Position numbers and translations under genes: made by a program
In this document: positions 44,553-54,625 of the stretch, in pieces
Position numbering within the stretch: the first letter of the stretch is position 1
How the letters are laid out: every line of letters begins with the position of its first letter
Origin: Caldilineae bacterium
GTDB lineage: Bacteria; Chloroflexota; Anaerolineae; JAAEKA01
Length of the DNA: 64,000 nucleotides
Assembly: GCA_020634555.1 (NCBI GenBank)
Contig: JACKBK010000001.1
Coordinates: 67,317 to 131,316 of the forward strand
Direction of reading: 5' to 3'
The notes under the pieces: generated by a model
What the model was told of the DNA's origin: nothing
Seen by the model: the letters and a program-made list of their open reading frames with translations, nothing else
Databases searched by the model: none

Positions 44553-45116
44553 ATGGCAGACACAACAGATCCACGGCCGCCGGGCCGCGGCAAGCTGGTG
44601 GCGTTGACCGTTCTCGTGACAACGCTGTTCTGGACGGTCATCTGGGGTGGATTCGCCCTGGCGCGCGGCCGGCCACAGCCAACAGCCTTCGCAGTCCAGC
44701 CGCCGCCCGCCACCGCGACGCCTGCACCCACACCCACGCCTGTCCCAGTGGCCGAAGACACGCCGACGGTGGTCGTCTCAACACCAACGTCCACTGCTAC
44801 CACAACCACACGCGCCGGTGTTGTTGCCCTGGATACACCAGACACTGTCTTGCCAACAGGCGAGGCGCCAGCGACCGCTGCTTCTCCAATCACCAGCACG
44901 CTGCCCGTTCCGGACGCGGGCCTCCTCATCAACATCAACACGGCCAATGCTGTCGAGCTGGAAACATTGCCAGGAATCGGCCCCAAAACCGCGGAGGCCA
45001 TCATCGCTCACCGCGCCGAGCACGGGCCGTTTGCCACAATCGACGCGCTCACCGATGTCAAAGGGGTCGGGCCGGCTACGCTGGAGAAGCTGCGTGCGTT
45101 GATCACAACCGACTAG
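44553..45116 (+). CDS. comEA: ComEA-family helix-hairpin-helix DNA-binding protein (membrane-anchored, Pro/Thr-rich linker)
   Basis: C-terminal INTANAVELETLPGIGPKTAEAIIAHRAEHGPFATIDALTDVKGVGPATLEKL tandem HhH; GGGAGGG SD. Confidence 0.8.
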   Translation: MADTTDPRPPGRGKLVALTVLVTTLFWTVIWGGFALARGRPQPTAFAVQPPPATATPAPTPTPVPVAEDTPTVVVSTPTSTATTTTRAGVVALDTPDTVLPTGEAPATAASPITSTLPVPDAGLLININTANAVELETLPGIGPKTAEAIIAHRAEHGPFATIDALTDVKGVGPATLEKLRALITTD

Positions 45117-46029
45117 CGCCATGGGTGCCATCCATCCGCCGCGCGATGCCGGCTCCCAAATGCGCGCCGACAAGAATAATCAGCACCGTCAGGAAGAACC
45201 AAAACATCAGCACAATGATGGTGGTCAGCGGGCCGTACAGGATCTCGTAACGCGAAAAGCCGCTGCCGAGGTACCATGAATAACCGGCGTTGACCACCTG
45301 AGAGGCCAGCGCGGCCAGAATAGCCGGAACCACTGCCGCACGCCAGGGAACAGTGCGATTCGGTATCCAGCGGTATAGCCCGCTGTAGGCAACAACCGTG
45401 ACCAAAATCGACACCACCTGTAGCGTCCTCATCTGGCCGATCTCGGGGTCGATGCCCAGAAAGCCATACAACGTGGGCAGCGCGGCCAGAACGCCCGAGA
45501 CCGTAGACAGGAAGAGCGCCAGCAGCAGCGCCGCAAACAACAGCAGGATCAACAGCAGGCCAATCAGACGGGCTTTGAACGGATTCGGACGGCGCTCCTC
45601 CGTCCAGGCCAGATCGATGTTAAACGTCAGAGTCGTGAACGCGCCCGATGCTGACCACAACAACGCCACCAGACCGATCAAACCAACAGAGCCGCGCTGG
45701 GAATAGATACTGGCAAAAGTATCCAGCACCAACGACTCGATGCCCATATTGTTGGGCAAGAACCGCGCCGTCAACGTGAAGACCAGACTGCGCGCCGTCG
45801 CGGCATCCACCAGATAGCTCAGGGAAACAACCAGCACCATCAACATGGGAAACAGGGAGAACATCGCGTAGTAGGCAACCGCGGCTGAGGCCTGAGTGCC
45901 CCGCGCCAAAGCAAACTGGTCGAGCGCGCCGCGCAGCGTGCCCAACCACCCCAAAGTCATGCCATCCACGCGCTCGAACGCAGCTTCGAGCCGCTGCGCG
46001 GCGCGCTGGACTATGGTCTCATCCGTCAT
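45103..46029 (-). CDS. YihY/BrkB-family inner-membrane protein
   Basis: ASAAVAYYAMFSLFPMLMVLV ... six TM helices; family signature at the N-terminal third. Confidence 0.75.
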   Translation of the reverse strand: MTDETIVQRAAQRLEAAFERVDGMTLGWLGTLRGALDQFALARGTQASAAVAYYAMFSLFPMLMVLVVSLSYLVDAATARSLVFTLTARFLPNNMGIESLVLDTFASIYSQRGSVGLIGLVALLWSASGAFTTLTFNIDLAWTEERRPNPFKARLIGLLLILLLFAALLLALFLSTVSGVLAALPTLYGFLGIDPEIGQMRTLQVVSILVTVVAYSGLYRWIPNRTVPWRAAVVPAILAALASQVVNAGYSWYLGSGFSRYEILYGPLTTIIVLMFWFFLTVLIILVGAHLGAGIARRMDGTHGASRL

Positions 46030-46032
46030 GGA

Positions 46033-47415
46033 TCAATACACGAAGATGAAGATCAGGTCGTTGACGTTGGTCTGTGTCGGCCCGGTGAGCAGCAGATCGT
46101 TGGTCGCCAGCAGAAACGGATAGGCATCGTTGGCAGCCAGATGATCCGCAGCGCTCAACCCGGCTGTCACGCCGCGCGCGACCGTCCCGGCGTCGACCAG
46201 GCCGCCGGCAGCGTTGGTGGGGCCATCGCTGCCGTCGGTGGCCAGCGACACAACGACGATCCGGTCGCCGTGTGGGATGTCCTGTAGCTGCAATGCTGCC
46301 GCCAGCGCCAGTTCCTGATTGCGGCCGCCCATGCCGCGGCCCTTCAGCGTTACCGTCGTCTCGCCGCCCAGAATCAAGCAGGCGGGCGGAGTGGCTGGCC
46401 GGCTGTGAGTCGCAACTTCCCGCCCCAACGCAACAGCCAGCCGGGCAACCTCGCGCGCCTCGCCCTCAGCGAAAGTAGTCAGCACCTGCGCGTCGAAGCC
46501 GCCGCGGCGGGCGGCTTCGGCAGCGGCCTCGGCTGCCAGAGCATTGTCGGCCACCACCATCACCTGCCCCGTGGCGAAAATCGGGTCGTCAGCCTTAGGA
46601 GTATCGGGGAGTTCGCCTGCCAGCCCTGCCTGGAGCCGTTCGATGACAGGCCGCGGCAGGGTAGTTTGCAGGCTGTGGCGCTCGACCACCCGCCAGGCAT
46701 CGGCCCAGGTGGAGCTGTCAGGCACGGCCGGCCCGGAGGCGATGACATCCAGCGGGCTGCCCACGACATCGGACAGCACCAGGGTGACGAGAGTGGCCGG
46801 CGCGGCCAGCCGCGCCAATTGGCCGCCCTTCAGTTGCTCCAGATGCTTGCGCAGCGTGTTGATCTGGTCGATGGTCGCGCCGCAGCGCAGGAGAGCCTCG
46901 GTGGTCACCTGCAGGTCGGCCAGGCTGAGGCCGGCCGCGGGATAGGTCAGCAGGGCGGAACCGCCGCCCGAAACCAGGCAAAAGACCAGATCGTCGTGCG
47001 CGGCCTGCGCGGCTTGTGCGGCGATCTTCTGTGAGGCCGCGGCGCCTGCCTCGGTGGGCACGGGATGGCCAGCCTCCACCACAGCGATGCTGGGCGGCAG
47101 ATCCTGGGCGCCGGCCGTGTGTCCGATCTTGGTCAGGACGATTCCTTGCGGGACTCGGTCACACAGCAGGCCGCACAGCGCGCTTGTCATGGGCAACGCC
47201 GCCTTGCCGATGCCGAAGACGTGGATACGTCGAAACGCGTTCAGATCGTAGACCCGATCGCCCACGCTCAGTTGGCCATCTTTGCAGACCACCACCTGCT
47301 GAACGGCAACTTGCGGATCGACAGCATCCAGCGCGGCATCGAGGATCGGCAGAATACGCCGGCGCTGCTGCGGATTAGGTGTCAAAATAACGGGGTCAAA
47401 ATGGGTTGAAGTCAT
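46033..47415 (-). CDS. Glycerate kinase (MOFRL family; DUF4147 + MOFRL domains)
   Basis: VFGIGKAALPM ... LVSGGGSALL ... GGETTVTLKGRGMGGRNQELALAAAL ... SLATDGSDGPT: conserved MOFRL glycerate 2-kinase motifs. Confidence 0.8.
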   Translation of the reverse strand: MTSTHFDPVILTPNPQQRRRILPILDAALDAVDPQVAVQQVVVCKDGQLSVGDRVYDLNAFRRIHVFGIGKAALPMTSALCGLLCDRVPQGIVLTKIGHTAGAQDLPPSIAVVEAGHPVPTEAGAAASQKIAAQAAQAAHDDLVFCLVSGGGSALLTYPAAGLSLADLQVTTEALLRCGATIDQINTLRKHLEQLKGGQLARLAAPATLVTLVLSDVVGSPLDVIASGPAVPDSSTWADAWRVVERHSLQTTLPRPVIERLQAGLAGELPDTPKADDPIFATGQVMVVADNALAAEAAAEAARRGGFDAQVLTTFAEGEAREVARLAVALGREVATHSRPATPPACLILGGETTVTLKGRGMGGRNQELALAAALQLQDIPHGDRIVVVSLATDGSDGPTNAAGGLVDAGTVARGVTAGLSAADHLAANDAYPFLLATNDLLLTGPTQTNVNDLIFIFVY

Positions 47416-47416
47416 T

Positions 47417-48238
47417 TTAGCGTACCACCAGTACTGGCCGGTCAACCAGCGTGATCACCTTGTGAGTGATGTCCTCCAGCAGCCAGCGCTGCCAGCCCTG
47501 ATCCCGGTGCGCGCCCACCACTACCAGATCGTAGTCGCCCTCTTGTGCCTCTTCGAGGATCTCATCGATCACCGTACCGTGGCGCACCTTGACCATGGGC
47601 CGTATCTGTGTTGCCGACAGCAAGCTCAGATCGCGTTCCAGAAACTCCCCTTCCGGCGCATGTACCTCGATCAACTGATCGGCGTCGGCCCTGAGTTGGT
47701 CATCGTTGACTCCGGAAGCGGCTGTGATCTGCGACATAACGTGGAGCACGGTCACGCTTTCCTCGCCACTGATGCGCTCCCCAACCCTGAGGGTAAAGCG
47801 GGTCAACACATCTGGCTGCAAGGCGCCGCTATCGCACAACAGGATGCGGTGGATCGGCCTGATCTTGCCCTTGGCGATGATGACAGAACAGGGCGCATTT
47901 TCTACCACATACACTGAGGTAGATCCGAGCATACGAGTGACGAGGCTATGGCTCTCGCGCTCGCCGACGATGACCAGTTCATAGTTTCCCTCTGTCGCCT
48001 CGGCGACAATCTCCTCAGCCGGACTGCCGACGCGCACCTTAAGCTTGAAAGACAGTTGGAAATCGGCGAAGCTGCTCACTGCTTCTTCCAAAATCACCTG
48101 GCCGCGAGCCTGATCTTCCGGTCGTTTGACAACGGTTAGAAACGTCGGCGCATCCATCGAAGGTTGCAATATCTGCAAGCCAAATCGAAGTGCTGCATTG
48201 GAATGAGTAGAGCCGCCGGTGGTCATCAAGATTTTCAT
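47417..48238 (-). CDS. Universal stress protein with tandem UspA domains
   Basis: Two USP repeats (MKILMTTGGSTHS ... ELVIVGERESH ... / ... YDLVVVGAHRDQGWQRWLLEDITHKVI). Confidence 0.8.
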   Translation of the reverse strand: MKILMTTGGSTHSNAALRFGLQILQPSMDAPTFLTVVKRPEDQARGQVILEEAVSSFADFQLSFKLKVRVGSPAEEIVAEATEGNYELVIVGERESHSLVTRMLGSTSVYVVENAPCSVIIAKGKIRPIHRILLCDSGALQPDVLTRFTLRVGERISGEESVTVLHVMSQITAASGVNDDQLRADADQLIEVHAPEGEFLERDLSLLSATQIRPMVKVRHGTVIDEILEEAQEGDYDLVVVGAHRDQGWQRWLLEDITHKVITLVDRPVLVVR

Positions 48239-48251
48239 AGTCCAGTACCTG

Positions 48252-49499
48252 CTATACCAACAACAAGATGATAGGAATGGCAAATATCGCGATCATGAAA
48301 AAGGCCAGGTTACGGCTGTTTTGCGTGATCCATGAGACCGAAACGAGCATTGCGTGTTCGTATCTCCGGTAGAAGGTCAACAAGATTATCCCGGACACCA
48401 ATGCAATGGTGAACATCTCCACCAGCACTACTGTGAACGCGGCGTGATTGCTGAGCAAGACAGCGGCAAGCAAGGTGTCGATAAAGGTCGTTATGTTGGC
48501 GCCCATGATGTATGGGATCACGTTCTCGCGGCGCACAAAGCCGCGGTTGCTCAGCGGAACAAGAATGCTGAGCGACACGCTGACCGACATGGAGATCATG
48601 GTGACACCGGCGCCGAGCAAGAACATCACCCATGGCCGGTACACCATGCGCGACACACGTCCAACCTGGCTTTCCTTGATGCTCATCTGCGGCAGACAGC
48701 GGTCGAACAGGCTGAAACTGCCCATGATGACCACCATGCCTACGATGAACAGACTCCACTCGGGCAGAAACGACCGGAAGAACGCGGTGACGGGACCAAA
48801 CAACACATCAACTACAGAGGTGAGGGCAGCACCCGACCCAAACTGTATCCCATCCAATACCCCGGATTGGAGCAGTGGCACCCCCAGAACCAGCCCGGCC
48901 AAATGGGTGGTCCCGGCAACCAACAGAGCAAGAAGCCCCATGCTAAGACCAGAGGACCGGTCGCGGCCGCGTATCACGTAGATGAAGCCGATGAACAGGA
49001 CGATGAAGCTCGCGCCGAGGCGGCTGCCCGTGATCATCGTGAAGGTTTCCATCTGCGTGATCACCCCGGCGTCGAAAAAGGCCAGTGCGGCGGCAGCTAC
49101 CGGCGAGCCGCTCAATATCAAATATGCGAACAGCCAGCCAAAGCCCAGTGCGTTGGCCGGCGTGTTGACGTCGAAGACGTCGCGTACCAGCGGCGCCAAC
49201 GCGCGCGCGCCCTCCTTCATCAGATTGATGGCCAGGATAAACAGGAAGAGGCTGACGATGAACAACCCGACCTTGTCCCAGCGAACGCGGCGCAGCACAT
49301 GCGACAGACCTGTGTTGTCGGCAAGCACCTCGGGTTCTGGTGCGCCAGCTTCCAGGCTTTCCGGCGGATCAACAGGCAGGGAAGAGGGGTCTTCGGTCAC
49401 GTTAGAATCAGCGTCTGAAACCAGAGAGATTGCGGTTACGAGCAATCGATGAAGAAGAGAAGGCAACCCAGCGTACAAATTCCGTTGCCCTACGAGCAA
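48252..49499 (-). CDS. Na+/phosphate cotransporter family (NptA-like, PF02690) membrane protein
   Basis: Duplicated hydrophobic repeats with GSxxG/LxxGxxxT-type motifs (ITGSRLGASF ... IMGANITTFIDTLLAA); 5' boundary uncertain. Confidence 0.55.
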   Translation of the reverse strand: MLVGQRNLYAGLPSLLHRLLVTAISLVSDADSNVTEDPSSLPVDPPESLEAGAPEPEVLADNTGLSHVLRRVRWDKVGLFIVSLFLFILAINLMKEGARALAPLVRDVFDVNTPANALGFGWLFAYLILSGSPVAAAALAFFDAGVITQMETFTMITGSRLGASFIVLFIGFIYVIRGRDRSSGLSMGLLALLVAGTTHLAGLVLGVPLLQSGVLDGIQFGSGAALTSVVDVLFGPVTAFFRSFLPEWSLFIVGMVVIMGSFSLFDRCLPQMSIKESQVGRVSRMVYRPWVMFLLGAGVTMISMSVSVSLSILVPLSNRGFVRRENVIPYIMGANITTFIDTLLAAVLLSNHAAFTVVLVEMFTIALVSGIILLTFYRRYEHAMLVSVSWITQNSRNLAFFMIAIFAIPIILLLV

Positions 49500-49577
49500 C
49501 GGAACGATTCTACACGCGCGGACTGGTTTCGTGCAAGCAGCATGAACCGCGCATGTGGAAGACGGCGCGGCGCGGCA

Positions 49578-51347
49578 TCATCCGTTCCGATCCGCACTAT
49601 CCTCCACATTTGCGGTTTTGCCTGTACGCGCGCGGGCTGCGACCAAGTCCGCCATCAGGCGATCCAGCTTGGAGTCCTCGCCCAGAACGATCAACGTATC
49701 ACCCAGTTCGACCGGCCTGCCCGGCGGCGGATTGAAGCGCGCCTGGTAGCGTACCTGGCCGTTCTCCGTGAACGTTTCGATGATACCGATGACGTTCAGG
49801 TCGAAGCGATTGCGCACCCGCAGATCCACCAATGTCTTGCCGGCCCACTCTCGCGGTACCGGAATGCGGCGCACGCTATAGCCAGGCAGCACCTGGCGAG
49901 CGTCGTAAGTCTCCCGCTGTGTCCGGTAGATGTTGTTGTCATGCACCAGCAGGATACTGACCAGCAACACCACAAGTCCGGGTATCATAAACTGCGAGCC
50001 AAACGCCTCGACAGTGAACAACACCGCCGCCAGCGGCACGTTGACCAGCGCGCCCAGGCTGGCCGTCATGGCCGGCACCACCAGGATCGACGCCGGAATA
50101 CCGGTGATGGGAGCCAGCACAGCCGCCACCATCGTGCCAAAGTAGATGGAAGGAATCAGCAAGCCCGCGGAGCCGCCAGAGGTGATCGTCGCCAGTGTCG
50201 CAACCAGCTTGGCAACCAGCGCAACGATGGCCACCCCCGCGGTCAACTGTCCCAGCGTGGCGGCTTCAATAGCGCTGTCTCCCGTTCCCAGCACCAGTGC
50301 GAGATCCCTGCCCGTCAGTTGCACAGCGATGAGTGCCGCGACCCCGGTCAGCAGCGCGCCCGTGAGATGGCGCACCCAGACATTGCCAATCCAGGTGTGA
50401 AACCAGTGCTCACTGAGGGCGCGCAGGCGGGTAAACAAGATACTGATCACCGAGATGATCACCGCCATGCCTATCAACACCCCGTAGTAACGCACCGTAA
50501 ACACCGGCCGGGTCGTGATGGTAATCCGGAAGAGCAGCGGGTGACCGGTGACAAGATTCGTCATGAAATAGGCCACCAACGCGGCGATCAGCGCAAAGAG
50601 CAGCTTCTCGATGATCGGCCGGCGGCGATACATGACCTCGATGGCGAAAAATGCTGCTGCAAAAGGCGTTCCCAGCAGTGTGGCTACCGCAGCAGCCACG
50701 CCGGCCAGTTGGGCTGTCTGCAAGTCATCGGGGTCGTCGATCCGCCACCATTTGCGCAGGCGATCAAGATAGCCCGCTTCAGCCGGCAGATGGAACTGGG
50801 GACGCGGCTTGAATACACCTGCCGCCAGGCTCTCACCCACCAGCGTCACGCTGGCCTCCAGACCGCCGCTGCCGCCGCTGCCCAGCGTAAACAGAGTTGC
50901 CAGAAACTTGCGCGCTGCCAGACTGAAGGTCGGCAGATCCCAGCGGGCGTCCACACCCACCTTGCCCAGCAACACCTGCTCCATAACCGGCTCAGACGCG
51001 AAATAGAGGGCGATGGCTCGCTCCAGGCCGTCGCCCTCTACATCGTTGAGCGGATGAACGATCCCCTCGCGGTCGCGGTAGTGAATGGTGCGATAATGAA
51101 AGAGCACCACCACGGTGGTGCCCAGCGCGCCCAGCGTCAATGGCACCAGAACCAGCGCCAGAACCGGCAAGCGCTCGACGCCCGCAATAATTGTGTCAAA
51201 GAGCCAGTGAACCGAGGTCTTCAGAGTGAAGGTAACCGCCCACACCACCAGACCGATCACCGCGACCTGCACTACCAGCCGCCGCTCGTGGGCGTTGAAG
51301 TTGCGCGTGAACGCGCTGATCGGTCTGCTGAGGCGGGACGCAGTCAC
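49578..51347 (-). CDS. ClC-family chloride channel / H+-Cl- antiporter with C-terminal TrkA-C (RCK_C) domain
   Basis: ClC selectivity-region motifs (GSGGSGG, GGSAGLLIPSIYFG, GTPFAAAFFAIEV) and C-terminal VDLRVRNRFDLNVIGIIE ... GDTLIVLG RCK_C-type domain. Confidence 0.7.
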   Translation of the reverse strand: MTASRLSRPISAFTRNFNAHERRLVVQVAVIGLVVWAVTFTLKTSVHWLFDTIIAGVERLPVLALVLVPLTLGALGTTVVVLFHYRTIHYRDREGIVHPLNDVEGDGLERAIALYFASEPVMEQVLLGKVGVDARWDLPTFSLAARKFLATLFTLGSGGSGGLEASVTLVGESLAAGVFKPRPQFHLPAEAGYLDRLRKWWRIDDPDDLQTAQLAGVAAAVATLLGTPFAAAFFAIEVMYRRRPIIEKLLFALIAALVAYFMTNLVTGHPLLFRITITTRPVFTVRYYGVLIGMAVIISVISILFTRLRALSEHWFHTWIGNVWVRHLTGALLTGVAALIAVQLTGRDLALVLGTGDSAIEAATLGQLTAGVAIVALVAKLVATLATITSGGSAGLLIPSIYFGTMVAAVLAPITGIPASILVVPAMTASLGALVNVPLAAVLFTVEAFGSQFMIPGLVVLLVSILLVHDNNIYRTQRETYDARQVLPGYSVRRIPVPREWAGKTLVDLRVRNRFDLNVIGIIETFTENGQVRYQARFNPPPGRPVELGDTLIVLGEDSKLDRLMADLVAARARTGKTANVEDSADRNG

Positions 51348-51373
51348 CCATTGCCTCCGACGCGGAACAGCGT

Positions 51374-53209
51374 CTACGCCGCGAGCAGCGCTTCCAGACG
51401 GTCCAACAGGCCGGACAACACCTGATAGGTTTCTTCGACCGGCTGAGGAGAGGACAGATCAACGCCGGCCAGCTTGAGCGAGTCAAGCGCGTACATCGAG
51501 CTGCCGGCGCGCAGGAACTTGCGGTAATCCTCGGCCGCGCCGGGCGTCCCTGACAGAATCCGTCGCGCCAGCGCGTTGGCGCCTGAAATGCCTGTGGCGT
51601 ACTGGAAAACGTAGTAGTCGGTGTAGAGGTGCGGGAAGGTGGCCCACTGGATGCCGACACGTTGGCGGTCGAGATATATCTCGTCGCCGTAGCCCTCGGC
51701 GAAGAGATCGGCAAACGTATCGATCAACTCGTCTGCCGTGACCCCTTCACCCCGTTCGATGCGTTGGTGCATCTCCAGTTCGAAGCGCGCCAGCGTCGGC
51801 ATGACCAGGAAGTAGCGATAGAAGTTGCTCATGGCCTCTTCGATGATCGCAATCTGAAGATCGCGCGGCAGGTCGATGTTCAACAGATAGCCTCGCATCA
51901 TGGCCTGATGGAAGTTGGACGCTACCTCGGCCGCGAAGATGGTGTAATCGCTGTAAAGAGGTGGCTGGTTCTGCCAGACATGGTACGAGTGCATGGAATG
52001 GCCAAGCTCGTGGGCAAGAGTCCCCAGGTCGCCCGAGTCGTCGGTGTAGCTCATCATGATGAACGGGAACGTGCCAGGCGAACCGGACGAGAACGCGCCG
52101 TTGCCCTTGCCCTTGTTGGGGTAGACGTCGATCCAACGGTCCTGCAGACAGCCCTGGCGCATCACCTGCACGTAGTCCTCGCCCAGCGGAGCCAATGCGT
52201 CACAGATCCAGTCCACTGCTTGCTCGAAGGGAATACGCGGTGGATCCTGCACCAGTGGCGCCCAGATGTCGTAGGGATGCAACACCTCGACGCCCAGCGC
52301 CTTGCGCCGCAATCGCCAGTAGCGATGCCACGTTGGGAGGTTCTTGCGAAAAGTGTCGATCAGATTGGTGAAGACCGCTGTCGGGATGTTGTCCTCGAAC
52401 AGCGCTGCTTCCAGGGTCGACTCGTAGCGTCGAGCGCGCATGTTGAACACCGACTTGCGGACGGAGGTGGCAAGATTGCTGGTCAGCGTGTTCTTGTAAG
52501 CCAAATAATTGTCGGCATAGCTCTCCCAGGCTGTCCGGCGCGCCTCACGGTCGGCGCCGTGCATAATACCCACAATGGTGCTCTGTGAGACGGGCAGCTC
52601 GTTGCCGTCACTGGTCAGCGCGGGCTGGAACTGGAGATCGCTGTCGGTCAGCGCGGAAAAAGTGTTGTAGAGACCACTGAACGGATCCGCTGCCAGACCC
52701 AGCAGTTCCTCCACCTCCGCCGAGCGTACATGTTGCTGCTGACGGAACAGGTTGTCTACGTAGTGGTCCAGCACGGCCAGGCGCGGCTCCGCCGCGATCC
52801 AGCCGTCCAGAGTCTCGCGGCCAATAGCCAATAGCTCCGGGTTGAGGAATGAGACAGCCGCCATGACGCGGCCGGCCAGTCCCTGTACCTTGCCCATACG
52901 CGCGCCGGCCGCCTGGTCGGTAGTGTCCACCGCGTAGTCCATGCCGGCGTAGACGTACAAAACGCCCAGGCGCTGCCGCGCGCTCTGGATTGCGTCTACG
53001 GCATCGGCCAGCGTTGCCGGGCCGTCGGCCAGCCGGCCGGAAAACGCGCTGACGCCTGCCAGCGCGTCGCCGAGACTCGCCAGTTCTGCCTCCCAGTCCG
53101 CATCAGTCGCGAAGACGCTTTCACGGTTCCACTTGTACTGAGCTGCGATCTGGTCACGGGTTCTAAGTTGATTGCTTGCCACAGGGGGATATCCTTCCAG
53201 GTTAGTCAT
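51374..53209 (-). CDS. pepF: Oligoendopeptidase F (M3B metallopeptidase)
   Basis: 611 aa; HELGHSMHSY zinc motif and downstream Glu; M3B-length and conserved C-terminal helices. Confidence 0.85.
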   Translation of the reverse strand: MTNLEGYPPVASNQLRTRDQIAAQYKWNRESVFATDADWEAELASLGDALAGVSAFSGRLADGPATLADAVDAIQSARQRLGVLYVYAGMDYAVDTTDQAAGARMGKVQGLAGRVMAAVSFLNPELLAIGRETLDGWIAAEPRLAVLDHYVDNLFRQQQHVRSAEVEELLGLAADPFSGLYNTFSALTDSDLQFQPALTSDGNELPVSQSTIVGIMHGADREARRTAWESYADNYLAYKNTLTSNLATSVRKSVFNMRARRYESTLEAALFEDNIPTAVFTNLIDTFRKNLPTWHRYWRLRRKALGVEVLHPYDIWAPLVQDPPRIPFEQAVDWICDALAPLGEDYVQVMRQGCLQDRWIDVYPNKGKGNGAFSSGSPGTFPFIMMSYTDDSGDLGTLAHELGHSMHSYHVWQNQPPLYSDYTIFAAEVASNFHQAMMRGYLLNIDLPRDLQIAIIEEAMSNFYRYFLVMPTLARFELEMHQRIERGEGVTADELIDTFADLFAEGYGDEIYLDRQRVGIQWATFPHLYTDYYVFQYATGISGANALARRILSGTPGAAEDYRKFLRAGSSMYALDSLKLAGVDLSSPQPVEETYQVLSGLLDRLEALLAA

Positions 53210-54111
53210 TCAAGTGCGCCGGCCACCAGGCCAGCCAATCGGTCGGCGATCTCCTGCACGATGGCGTCCGGGACACCGTCCACAGCCTGCGCTTGCAGCC
53301 GCAAGTCGATCTGGTCGTTGACGTAGTCCACCGCCAGGAATTTGTCGTCCAGTGTCAGTGCGATCTCAGTGGAGAAAAGGTGCAGGTTACAGACATCGCT
53401 GATGCGGACAGCCATGTCATAAAGCGCGCCCAAGCCATAGCGCACCACATCTTCCTTGGTAACAGGGTGGTAGACGTGGGTTTCCGGCGGCCACCAACTG
53501 ACAAAAACCTCCCCAACGCAGTAGATGACGCGGAACCAGGCCGGCCGGCCTTCCAGCAGTTTCGGCTCGACATGCGCCTGCACCAGATATTTGTCTTCAG
53601 GGAAAAGCTGGCGTGCTTGCTGCACCTGATCGCGATTGGTCGCCTCCAGCACCACCCCCTGACCGCCGCCGCCCAGCGCCGGCTTGATCGCAAAGCTGTC
53701 GCCCAAGGGTGCCAGATCGAGATCAGGAAGCTGTGGCTGCTCGGAAAAGGGCGCCAGGATAATGGTGTAGGGCGTGTGCAGGCCGGCGCTGATCAACTCA
53801 AGATGCATGGTGGCCTTGTCAGCGCTATACGATTCCTGCTCGTGGGGATTGACTCGAAACGCCCCGTTGTCACGTGCCCAGCGCACCAGGCTCAGGAACC
53901 TCGAGTCGGTGTCGGCTGCCCGGTTCATGAAAGATCGAAAGACAAGCTGGCCAGCAGCTAGTGCTTCCGAAACAGTTTCGAGATTGTCAGGTGTGATCTC
54001 AAGAACAGACAGGCTGCGGGCCTCGCAAGCCTGTCTGAAAAAGCCGATGAAGCCGGCATCGTGATGCCAGTTCCATGCTACGGCTACGTCGAATTCTGTC
54101 ATATTCACCAA
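53206..54111 (-). CDS. ATP-grasp fold protein (RimK/GshB-like ligase of unknown substrate)
   Basis: DKATMHLELISAGLHTPYTI ... FAIKPALGGGGQGVVL ... YLVQAHVEP ... FRVIYCVGEV ... AVDYVNDQIDLRL: ATP-grasp motif order; stop overlaps pepF start by 4 nt. Confidence 0.55.
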   Translation of the reverse strand: MVNMTEFDVAVAWNWHHDAGFIGFFRQACEARSLSVLEITPDNLETVSEALAAGQLVFRSFMNRAADTDSRFLSLVRWARDNGAFRVNPHEQESYSADKATMHLELISAGLHTPYTIILAPFSEQPQLPDLDLAPLGDSFAIKPALGGGGQGVVLEATNRDQVQQARQLFPEDKYLVQAHVEPKLLEGRPAWFRVIYCVGEVFVSWWPPETHVYHPVTKEDVVRYGLGALYDMAVRISDVCNLHLFSTEIALTLDDKFLAVDYVNDQIDLRLQAQAVDGVPDAIVQEIADRLAGLVAGALE

Positions 54112-54232
54112 CCCGGCAGCGCGTCAAAAGGCGGCATCTTCTGCCTGCGCGCGGCTTGCTGTTGTTTGTCTTCTGAATCAAAGTCCGCCTGGAACGTCAG
54201 TTGCTGTTCCAGACGGACTTACGGACTACAAC

Positions 54233-54430
54233 TTAGGCTTGCTTCTTCAGCACCGGGAGTCCGTTCTTGCTCTCCGAAACCTGGTAGCCCTCGGGCACCT
54301 CATCCAGCGCGCCTTCCTTGGCTTCCTTGCCGAAGTAATAGATCTGCTGTTCCCGGCCACCCTTGAGGATTGTCTTCTTACCATGCAAGACATAGGTAGA
54401 TCCCTTGGAGTTTGTGTAGGTGTAAGGCAT
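54233..54430 (-). CDS. Small conserved hypothetical protein (65 aa)
   Basis: Strong AAGGAG SD; MPYTYTNSKGSTYVLHGKKTILKGGREQQIYYFGKEAKEGALDEVPEGYQVSESKNGLPVLKK; followed by a hairpin. Confidence 0.4.
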   Translation of the reverse strand: MPYTYTNSKGSTYVLHGKKTILKGGREQQIYYFGKEAKEGALDEVPEGYQVSESKNGLPVLKKQA

Positions 54431-54625
54431 TGTCAGTCTCCTTGCTGTTGGTTTCTGGTGACCCCCGCACTTGCATCGATGCAACAGGGGTTGCCGGTTA
54501 TCTAGTTCGACAACGAACTGTCCGCGCAATTATGCCACAAGATCGCCGGACAGGAAAACTGATGAACGGTAGGCATAGATGACAGTCACTTTCCGCAACT
54601 GGCAGTCATCTACGCAATGGTGGTT

